Source: Eledone cirrhosa
Taxonomy: Eukaryota
Direction: 5' to 3'
DNA length: 64,000 nt
Assembly: GCA_964016885.1 (NCBI GenBank)
Contig: OZ024747.1
Coordinates: 27,838,001 to 27,902,000 of the forward strand
Shown: one piece after another, positions 38,375 through 49,200 of the stretch
Layout: each line of letters starts with the position of its first letter
How positions within the stretch are numbered: position 1 is the stretch's first letter
Program-made: the position numbers and the translations under genes
The notes under the pieces: generated by a model
The model's database searches: none
Seen by the model: only the letters and a program-made list of their open reading frames with translations
What the model was told of the DNA's origin: nothing

Positions 38375-38407
<33 letters not shown>

Positions 38408-38747
38408 GCAGACATGTTTTCTGCCAAGTTAAACTTCCTCATAAAATATGAAACACTCCCTCAAAAGGAATGTTTACCAAAGTAATCCTATCTGAGCCAT
38501 TTCTCCTACAATTCTTGAAGCGTTTGGTTCCACTATTCTCTTTTCTTGACACACTAAACCATTTCTAATACAGTCAATACTCCTAGGACTGTAATAAGCC
38601 ATGGCAGAACCCCTAGGCTTTCAGGTATTTTAGGCCCTGTTGGGCACTTCAATATAACACTGCTACGAAAAAAGAATTGATGACCTCCTAGTCCCTGGGG
38701 GACCTCTAGGCTTTGGCTTAAGTCAGCATTATGAATAATACAGCCCA

Positions 38748-38834
38748 GGGTGCTCTCACCAATAGAGTACAGATATTTCAGTTTCTCGCCATATATTCGA
38801 GGAGTACTTTTAACATGATAGATAAATAGATAGA

Positions 38835-38894
<60 letters not shown>

Positions 38895-39004
38895 TCTATC
38901 TAATCTATATATATAGCATCTAGCTAATCTATCTATCATGTTGAAAGTACTCCTGGAATATATGGCAAGAAACTGGGATATCTGTACTCTATTGGTGAGA
39001 GTGC
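38748..39004. repeat. ~75-bp imperfect inverted repeat around (TA)n
   Basis: CTCTCACCAATAGAGTACAGATAT...GGAGTACTTTTAACATGATAGAT versus ATCTATCATGTTGAAAGTACTCC...ATATCTGTACTCTATTGGTGAGAG. Confidence 0.85.
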
Positions 39005-39161
39005 CAATTTTCTTTGGCTAATCGAGTATATACAGTATATATATATAATATTCAGCAAGGCCAGCTGTAACTCACTCGGTATGCAAATGAGGCTACTCAG
39101 CCGATGTGTACTTAAGAAAATACTATATATTTTCAACCGTTCAACAGACTGGCAGATGTAT

Positions 39162-39202
39162 ACAGTCCTGACGAAGGGTAATGACCAAAAACATGTTGAT
39201 TG
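39162..39202 (+). ncRNA. Decayed type I hammerhead in a diverged relative of the 420-bp unit
   Basis: ACAGUC-CUGACGA-AG-GGU-AAUG-ACC-aAAA-CAUGUu|GAUUGU. GAAA has become AAAA and the triplet reads GUU; flanks 39060-39330 align to the 420-bp unit. Confidence 0.65.
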
Positions 39203-40649
39203 TTCCTCAAAGCCAGTGTTGAACAAACAAGTGACGATTGGTCACCAGCATGGCACAGCTTCAAATCGGGCCAGTTGCTTAAAAACAAATCGAACATTAT
39301 TATTAGTGTTCGATATAACCCATACATATATATGTATATGTATATACGTGTGTGTATGTATATATATATATGTACATGTGCATACTTACATATATATATA
39401 TATATACTGTATATACTCGAATATTAACTGAAGAAAATATGACCAAAACAATGGTAAAATACTATCTACCAGTCACCACTCCTGGCAGAAGGAACAACAT
39501 GAAATAAAGTGTCTTGCTCAAGGACACGATGCATCACCCGGTCCAAGAATTGAACTTGCAGCCTCACGATTGCGAATCCAATTCTCTAACTACTAAACCA
39601 CGCACCTTCACAATATACATACATAGTTAAGTGACAAAAATAAGTTGTACCTGTAATCACACTAAATCTCCACAAGAATTAGGTTGATGGTACACATGTC
39701 TGTGGAACACTCAACCATGCCCATTAATTTCACAAGCAGGCTGTCCCATTGATCACACAACTGGAACATTTGTGATCAGAACCGATGGAAGTCCAACACA
39801 CACACTTACACATCCAAAAACACTCTTAATAGAATGAGAAATAGAAAGGTAGAGATGTAGAAGGAGGAGAAAGATGGAGAGGGGGAGAGTGAGAAAAAGG
39901 TAGAGAGGGAGGAAGAGAGAGAGAAAAGAGATAGAGAGTGGAAAGATGTAACTAAATGGAATTTACATGCAGAGATAACAAAATAAATTACATGTAAAGT
40001 TCAACAAAATAACAACAGCATCCACACAAAGAAACAATTTCAAACACATAAATAATTAAATAAAAATAAAAACGAAAATAAGAAAAATTTGGGCAAAAAT
40101 GGAAAAAAAAAAAGAAAAAAAAAGAAAATGTCTACTACATTTCAGTGGAAGAGAATTGGGAGTTGTAATCATTTGAGGTGATTTGCTCACATAAATATCA
40201 ATCAAATAATATTTAAAATAAGGTTTTACTGATGAAAGCTTTCTCTGTCAATGTGGGATGTTGGAAGTTGGAACTAAATGAGCCATGATGGTAAATATGG
40301 AAGGATGCAGACTATATATTGTATGGTAGTGGTGGTGGTGGATATTAGATAAAGGCACACACTGACTAACTGACTCAGACAAATAATGGTGGTATTAATG
40401 AGTGAGGTGGGGTAATGGGAATTAAGTGATAGAGAGAAATGAAGACAGAAAGACAGAGAGAGATAGAAAGAGGGAGAGAGAGAGAGAACCGACAAACTGA
40501 TAGACAGAAGGAAGAAGAAAAAGGGAGAAGATACATAAGAAAGGAGGGGGAGAGTGAAAGAAAGAGGGGAAAGAGAAAGCTGGAGGGAGAGGAATAAAAA
40601 TGATGATCAAACGAAAAATAAAAAGGAGAGGCAGAGAGGTACATAGATA

Positions 40650-42181
40650 AATTTCTTTATTAGCTACAAGGGCACAAAAGGAGGGGACAAATACAAATGG
40701 GGAGTTTACATACAAGTATATGAAAATAAAACTATTAATACAATAACAAATAACAATTGAAATCCCCAATAGGGGGGAGGTGTTACACAGGGGTTGTACA
40801 CACCCCGAAAAAATCTACAACCCTCATCTCCAGGAGCACCAAGAGTGAGTACTCCCTTCCTCTCTGCCTCTTTTTCCTCAAAAAATGAGTCGTGGGAAGG
40901 CTCACCTCACGAACGGGGCCCACACCGGTTGTCTGCTGAGGAATACATGGAGGTGCCGCAGCCTGAGCGTGTGTTTGCGCATCGTCAGCCACGGCATCCC
41001 CAGCCCTCCGTTTGAAGGATGTTGGCAGCAGATGGATCTTCTCACCAAAGGAGCCCGTTTCTTCCAAAGGAATTGGAAGAGTGCGCGTTCCATTTTGGTG
41101 AGCGTTTTGGCTGGACAAGGCACAACGGTCAAGCAGTAGTAGATGACAGACGCGATAAAAGTGTTCGCCAGCTCCGCTCTACCTTTCAAGGATAGTTTGC
41201 ACTCGGCCCACTTCTGTGTGAGCGCAAACACCTTGTTCCAGTTCTTCTCCACCTGGAGGTCAGGACCAAACCAGGCCCAGAGCAGCTTTACCGGTCCTTC
41301 CGTCCTGCGTCCAACGACGTCATCGGAAGGCATCGGTTTTCCTCTCCACGTTCCGAGTTGCAAACCGACGGATTTGTCCCGGTTCAGCTTCGCTCCTGTG
41401 AACCTTTCGTATTCCTCCAGTAAGGTGCCGATCTCACCGATTTGCGAGGTGCTCGACACCATTACTGTCACGCCGCTTTTCGCAGTCCCGGTTCCAAAGG
41501 GATGCCCTGCAATAGCTCCAACTTCCGCAGTAGTGGCTCGAGAGTCAGTATGTACAGAAGGGAGGAGAGAGGGCATCCCTGTTGGATGGATCGCGTGATA
41601 TGGAACGGCTCCGAGAGGTAGCTATTCACCTTGACCCTTGAGCAGATGTTGCTGTTGTGCATTGCAGCAATCCAGCCCCTGAACACGGGACCGAAGCCTG
41701 CCGCCTCGAGCACCGCATCCAGGTAACGATGGTCAACCCTATCAAAAGCCTTAGACTGATCCAAGTTGATCAGGGCCCCACCGAAACCAGGTTTACACCC
41801 TACCCTCTCTATGATGTATCGCATGAGGTGGAGGTTGTCATGTATGGACCTGGTCGGGATTGCGCATGTCTGCGCTTCTCCCGCCAGGTTTTCAACGACA
41901 AGCGCCAGCCTCTTTGCCAACACCTTGGCCAAAATCTGTAACTGTGTTGAGCAGAGTTATGGGCCGGAAGTTGCCTATGTCATCCCCCTTGTTCTCGTCC
42001 TTCCTGACTAACGTCATTACGCCCTTGGTCACAGAACTGGGAATTCTCCCGTTCTGCTGCCAGTTGCAGTAGACCACTTCCAGGAGACCGGAGAACAAGT
42101 CCGGCATTGCTACGTAAAATTCGTAGGATAGACCGTCGAGACCTGGAGATTTGCGTTTGCTGCATTGGCTCAGCGCGTCCC
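40650..42181 (-). mobile_element. Tx1 LINE, 5'-truncated and internally deleted
   Basis: Highly similar to 12745-14070 plus the 3' UTR of the full-length copy. The YADD motif is deleted and (GATA)n lies directly at the 5' junction. Confidence 0.92.
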
Positions 42182-42662
42182 AGATAGATAGATAGATAGA
42201 TAGATAAAACAGGAAATATAGAGATGAAGGGAGGAAGAGAAAGAAAGATGGAAAAAGGTGAGAGGGGATAAAGTACGAGAAAGATTTACAGTAAATAAAA
42301 ATTGATTTTTAGTTTAAATTTTACCTTAGGACAAGGCAACCTTCCTAGTGGGGAAGCCACAATAAAATGCATCCAGTACACTCTCTAAAATGGTTGATAT
42401 TCAAATGGTAGCAACAAGATAGAGAGGACTCTTAAAGTTGTCAAGTATCAGATAACCTCCCTAGTGGCGATGCCACGATAAACTGCATTCATTACACTCT
42501 GTAAAGTGGCTGGCATTAGAAAGGGCATCCAACTGTAGAAACCATGCCAAAATGGTAGACAGGTCTTTTATGTCATGTTAAGCACCTGATAGCCTCTCTA
42601 GTGTTGGTACCATGATAAAATGCACCCATTACACTTTGTAAACTGACTGGTATTAGGAAGAG

Positions 42663-44794
42663 TGTAGTGGAACTACGTCGTACCTCGCAATAGCAACATT
42701 TTCATATGCATTAAGGTTAAACTGACCAATGGTAAATCGCGTTGAATACATGGTCACTCTCTCTCCCTCTCTGGTGAAAAACCACAGTAGAGAGCTGACT
42801 ACGGATGCATGAAGAATTATTATAAAATGACTCCTAGATTCCTTTCGACAATAAAAATTATATTTATAGAGGATTGAGCGTTAAAGAGATATTTATTTTT
42901 ATCCTGGAAGTCAGAAGCATGTTATTACCAATAAAAAGCAACCAACTCATCGACTAAGGCATTTCTCTTATATCATTTGTAAAAACAAGATCCTTAGAAG
43001 TTTTTAACGTGCAGTTATTAAAAGATATAGGTAACATTTAACCTCACATCCAATCTATAAAATGGTGCCCTGACTGTAAAGAATACATCCTTCTCACAAA
43101 GAAAAAAAAAAAAATGTTGAGCCAACAATAACAAACGATTTTTCTTCGCATATGGTATTTTTGTCCAGCATGGCGTCTCACCTTCTTCTTCCTCACTGGT
43201 TCCCGCATTTTTACTTTGCACTCTACTGTTGCAATGATACTAAGGAACTTTGAAATTTTTTTACATGTTTTGTTCACAACTTCACCTAACGAAGGAGGTA
43301 CAACTTCTTTGTTTATCCAGATCACGATCTCCCCGACAATGGTCGCGAAATCGCTCGAAATCTTCACATCATCGTTTCCAACCTTCACCATCGTGCTGGT
43401 ACTATAACCGTTTCTGAGCCTCTGCTCATAAATGTATCCAGCCTTGTTCTTTTTCACACCAGAGAAACGAAGTAACGGAGAATTAAGCACGATGTCTTCT
43501 CCGCAATCCTGTACTGAAAGTCGTGCATTTTTCATTACAGATTCCTTCTCGCACGCACGCTGCCTCATCGACACGGGTGTGTCTTGCAGCATTTGGCCTT
43601 TAAAACTCTTGAGAGAGAAACCTCCTCTCTCACAGATATCACTACAAGCTATAAATCATTCAGCTATCCCTACGTATGGACAAATCTCTCGCTCTTTGGA
43701 CCTGGATTTACGTAGAGATTTCTCATGGATTTTCACCATAGCTGATTTGCCATATCCTATTCTGGGTGCCGATTTTTTGCATCATTACAATCTTATGGTT
43801 GATATGTGGACACGTCGTTTACTAGACGCAACTACGAATCTTTCTGCGCTTCAGTCCAGTCTTCTACATCGCTGCTTCGGATGAGCCGTATCATGCGCTT
43901 TTGCATTCCTTTCCGGAATTAAGTAATCTGAACTTTGCGGTAGATACCCCTACTCACTCTACCACGCATTTTATTGAGACTAAGGGTGCTACAGTTTTTT
44001 CATGCCCACGTCGCCTTTCTCCGGAAAAATTGAAAGCGGCTAAGGCAGAGTTTAATCATACGCTGCAGTTGGGTATCATTCGCCCTTCTTCCAGTCCGTG
44101 GGCCTCGCCTTTGCACATGCAACCAAAACGTTCGGGAGACTGGCGTCCCACTGGAGATTTTCGCCGATTAAATTCGATCACCGTGCCGGACCGTTACCCA
44201 ATTCCTCACATCCAGGATTTCGCTTCTTCGCTTCACAGATGTACTATATTTTCGAAATTGGACTTGATCAGAACATATCATCAAATTCCTGTGAATCCTG
44301 CGGACATTCCTACAACTGCTGTCACTACACCTTTCGGTGCATTCGATTTTTTAACAATGCCTTTTGGATTACGCAATACTGCTGGTACTTTCGGCGATTT
44401 ATGGACGAAGTCGTCCGTGACCTAGATTTTGTATATTGTTACATTGACGATATTCTCATCGCGAGTGCTTCACCGGAGGACCATATCTCGCACCTCCGCC
44501 AACTGTTTGAACGCTTTAAGCACTACCAAGTTAGTATTAACCCTACGAAGTGCATTTTCGGCGCTGCTTCGCTCGTCTTTTTAGGTCACGTGATTAACTC
44601 TGAAGGAATATTCCCACTTCCTGAGAAAGTGAAGGTTCTCCAGGAACTCCCTCCGCGTACTTCCTTGTGATAACGACCAACTCATCGACTAAGGTATTTC
44701 CCTTATATCGTTTGTAAAAACAAGATCCTTAGAAGATTTTAACGTGCAGTTATAAAAAGATATAGGTAACATTTAACCTCACATCCTATCTATA
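42663..44794 (+). mobile_element. Deleted Ty3/Gypsy LTR retrotransposon (CsRn1-like)
   Basis: 5' LTR 42663-43059 (TGTAG...CTATA), PBS-like TGGTGCCCTGAC at 43063, gag-end CWYYNRF*ASAHKCIQPC, protease LIDTG, RT YIDD, partial 3' LTR 44676-44794, TSD AGAG on both sides. Confidence 0.9.
43432..44670 (+). pseudogene. Gypsy pol remnant (protease + RT), frameshifted, lacking RNase H and integrase
   Basis: [42 protein letters not shown]. Confidence 0.9.
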
Positions 44795-45329
44795 AGAGCA
44801 TATATAATGACAAAATAAGATTATTTATTTGTTGTTATCGAACGAAAGAATAACAGTCTTAGCTCGTTGGCTGACCCAGCGGGCTGACCCAGCGGGCTGG
44901 AGTAAGTCTGTTGACAACTAGAACGTTCTGTCTTTCAGGAACTAAAGCAAACTAGCTTGGATAGCCAAGGACAGACTATTTATGAGGATACTGTTATCAT
45001 ATGACAATAAGCAGATGACATCTAGAAAACCATTCCTCTTGAAATTATGACAACGTGAGTCCCAAAACAAAGGAATTAAATATCGGAGGCCAAAAGGTCT
45101 GCGAGTATTCTCGCAATGACTGATTTAGCCAACCAGGAAACAAAAGTTCAAATATCTATGCATAAATTCACTACACACCCAACTGCAGAAATGGAACGTA
45201 TTGAGTAAGACAGACCCATCGAGGATAGCTCTGATTAGCTTCTGCCTTGGCCAATATAAGCTGTCCAACCTATAACAGCTTGGAAACACATACGTAAAAG
45301 GATGATGTTGATGAAATATAAGATATTTA

Positions 45330-45837
45330 CCGTATATACTCGAATATAAAGCGATTCGTATATAAGTCAACCCCCATTTTATGTCTGAGAAATAGGCAAA
45401 ATTCTTAACCCTTTTTTAAGACGAGGCAGGTAATCAACACATTATGTTTAGAAGGTGCGGTTTTGAAATTCTCATGAGTGGAGAATATATTTATGAGGTT
45501 TTAACATTTTGATATCTAAAATATTTTAAGCGTTAATTAGAGTATAGTTTTTGCTTCCCAACTCCATTACGTAATAATTTTTTTACTGATTTCCGACAGT
45601 TTGAAGGCTATATTCATTCAAATCATATCAAAAACAAAAGGAAATATGAATTTCAAGTCGAAAGTGAAACCGGTGTAATATTCACCTCGAAAGCAAAAAT
45701 ATTTTAGCACCTCATTTACGTAGAATTTTGAAGTTGGTGAAAATAAGCAAAATATTGACGGCAAATATAAGTCGATATCCATTTTACCATCGATGTTTTT
45801 GTCACATATTTCTCGGCATATAATCGATTATATACGA
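45330..45837. mobile_element. Tc1/pogo-type MITE
   Basis: TA|CCGTATATACTCGAATATAAAGCGA ... TCGGCATATAATCGATTATATACGA|TA. Confidence 0.75.
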
Positions 45838-46166
45838 TAATATGACGATATATATATAAGATATTTATAAATCTATGTTTGATAATATATAAAATACTTA
45901 TATATTTATATGATATTTATATACACATGTGTGGCAAACCCCCTTCATAAATTTTCGTTACCGAAGTCAAGCAACTGTGATATATTAAATATAAAAATAT
46001 AATAAATAACTGTTCATATTTTTTTGTATATGTAAAATAGATAGATTTATTTGTCTCGTAATGTAGATACATAAATACTTGATTTAACATTGGTTCGTTT
46101 CAAGCTCATAGCTGTACTGAAATACATATACTGTAGTTAAATATAGCCATATCAGACAACAACAAC

Positions 46167-46281
46167 ATGGCTACTTCGTGTTGTCACACGAATGAAAAAT
46201 TAGCAATAATTGTAAATTCTCTCCAAATTCTGGCTTCTGATTGTAACAGGATGCTGAAATTAAATGACAGTGCAGATTACG
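46167..46281 (+). CDS. RIMOC1: RIMOC1 coding exon 1
   Basis: CAACATGG start context, MATSCCHTNEKLAII..., phase-1 donor G|GTAATT. Confidence 0.7.
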
Positions 46282-49200
46282 GTAATTGTTGGTCATTTTA
46301 TAATATAATTTCATTCAATGACCCGAGAAAACGGTTTAAATGGACGTAAATAACCACTTACTATATATATATATATCCCAAACAGCCAGCTTATCTCTCT
46401 CTATCTATCTATCTATCTACACACACACACATATATATATATATATTTGTTGTTACAGGGTCGCATCTCATAGTAGATATCTAGAGCGTGTTAATGACAG
46501 GGACGCCAGTCCTATAATGAACGCACACACACACGTGTATGTAGAAACATGGTCACTCGGTCTGCCAGAAATTGTAGCCAAATTTATCCCAAATCACATC
46601 CTACTGCCTTAAAAAAAGACCTAGTTGTGGTTGCCTTTAAAAAGAGACCTGTTTAGTCAAGAATGATTTGATGCCAAAGGATAACTGCTGTCTTAAACAT
46701 CATTTTACTTTTGTTTTTCATGCTTGAAAGGGTTTGGACGGATCTTCATTAGCACAACCCCTTGTGGTCTTTTGTCATTTCATTCGTGATCAACGTTTTG
46801 CAACTAGCTTTCAAACCCCTGCATTCAACGCCCTAGTTTTTGCTACCACACTTTATATACAAGTATTATACAATCTGTCCTTTACTCGGAGATATAATCC
46901 TTTTGTCGCCATCACAGGCAGTGATGGCGTTACTATTAAGACTAACTAGGCAGCTGCATAGAGCACATACTTCAGTGAAACTTGAATTAAATATATAATA
47001 ATTTCCTGCGATCATTAAATAAATTACTAATCTTTCGGCAGTCTCCGCTTCAGCTGTTAAATGCTGCAAGCGAAAGTGGCTCAGTGTGGAGTAACATTGA
47101 AGCAGGTGGCGAAGTTCAAGTATATCAGGGACGTTTTCATGTATACTAGAAGACAGGAGGGTGAATTAAATGCAAGAATTGCTGTAGCTGGTGCAGTAAG
47201 GCACAAGCTTCAGCAATCAGAAGGGAGGTAGGTACAAAAACTAAACTTGCTATCTCCAATTTAGTGTTCGTGACTACTCTTACGTATGTTCAGGATGAGT
47301 GATGCTTTCATTGACTATCAACAAATAAACAACTATCCAGTTATTAAACTAACCGACCAGGAAATTATAATAATAGATTAAAATGAAACCCAGCAAGTGA
47401 GTGTGTTTTTATTGGCACCATGACCCTCCCAAAGTATAACAATATATATATATGATAAATTATTAAAAGATATATCTGTAATAGTGAAAATTATTTGATA
47501 TTTTTGTTTTTAGAAAAAAGTGAAAGTTTGTCTCGATGCAGTGTAATATGTAATGAGGGATTATCTGGGATTACTTCTCTAAAACAACAACTTCAACTTT
47601 ATGCTAAGGTTTGTATAATTATATTTACTATTATTTATTTAAATTATTACTTTTTTGTTTACTGAACTAACTCTTAGTGGAGATGTGTGGCTTAGAGGAT
47701 AGGGTGGTGAGTTCAGATTGGTAAGGTCATGAATTTGATTCCAAGATTGACAAGCATGTTGTGTCCTTGAGCAACACACTTTATTTCACATTGCTCAAAT
47801 CCATTCAGCTGGGAGAACTCCCATGCCTAGCAGTATTTGCCTTTACCTTTTCCTTGGACAACATCAATGTCATGGAGAGGAGAGATTTGCATGCATGGGT
47901 AACTGCTGGTCTTCTACAAAACACCTTACCCAGGCTTGTGCCTCAATGAGACAAACCCAGTCAGTTAACCATGGGTGCAAAACCTATGGGCAGTCATGAC
48001 TGAAAAGTGGTCTTTCCTCTCTTCCATTATTTTTGCCATGTTTTCAACAATCTGGAAATTTATTGTTAATATACTCAATATACTGGTGTATATCTTGTAC
48101 AAAGGTTGAGTTTCATTTATACACACGTATACAAATGCACACATACATATATACAACAATATTAATCTACACAGATTTATAGTGGCACTGTGTACAATAA
48201 TGTATGTATAGGTGTATATTTTACACACACACACATACAACCATATTATTATCCACATAGATTTATAGTGGAATTGTTTTTTCTTTCTCTTTCTTTACTG
48301 ATTTCAGGCCATGCTTGATTTCACTTTTTACACAGAGTCCATCTTGATAGAGACAGACTTTCCAGAACATTCCAGTGAAGAGAAACTGACAGATCTACTG
48401 AGTATGTAACTCCCTCTCATGCATATACTGTTTCTCTTTCTCTCCCTCCCTGTCAGACTCACTCATATCCTCTCTTTCTTACATACACCCCCTCACTCAG
48501 TCATGAAAGACTAGAGTCTGAAATGTTAAGACCCTCTTCCTATTTCAAGCGTGAAACTAATATATTCCTTCCATATACTGTACCGTTTGTATTGTTATTT
48601 TTGTTTACCTTTTACATACATACATATATATTTTCACCATCATCATTTTACGCCTGCTTTTTCCTGTTTGCAAGGGTGGGGCGGGTCCTATTCAGCACAG
48701 CATCTCTCTACTTTTCACGGTCCTTTGTCATCTCCATGAGCTTCAGCGATCTGAGGTCTGCTCTCACCACCTTGACCCATGTTTTTCATGGTCTTCCTCT
48801 ACTGGGATTTCTTGGCACTTCTATGCGCATCACATGTCCATACCATCTCAGTCTCCTTTCCTGCACACCACAACTTATCCCTCGTATACACAGTTTCTCT
48901 CTCAACTCATCTATGCTTGGGTCATGCATGCACATCCAATGGAGCATGCTTGCTTCATTTCTCTCCAGCCATTGCATATCCTCTGTCTCATGGTTACATA
49001 CCATGCAGTATTGCACATCTCACACAGCATCATATAACCGGCCTTTCATACGCAGGGAGAAACCCTTCTTTGTCAAGAGGAAGCAGCTTCCTAAACTTCT
49101 TCCAACCCGTCCTTATTCTAGATACTATGGCCTCAGAACACCTTCCTCCCATGCTAATCTTATCACCTAGGTACCGGAAGCTATCAACCACTTCTATAGA

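Noticed and set aside
40225-40260. Other CTGATGA/CTGAAGA hits (e.g. 222, 29020, 37184, 39428, 40229) as hammerheads
   Set aside because: They lack a correctly spaced GAAA, NUH triplet and pairing helices.
43044-43592. 182-aa minus-strand ORF
   Set aside because: Antisense shadow of the Gypsy gag/protease region.
48523-49170. 215-aa plus-strand ORF in a RIMOC1 intron
   Set aside because: Antisense reading of a decayed RTE fragment.
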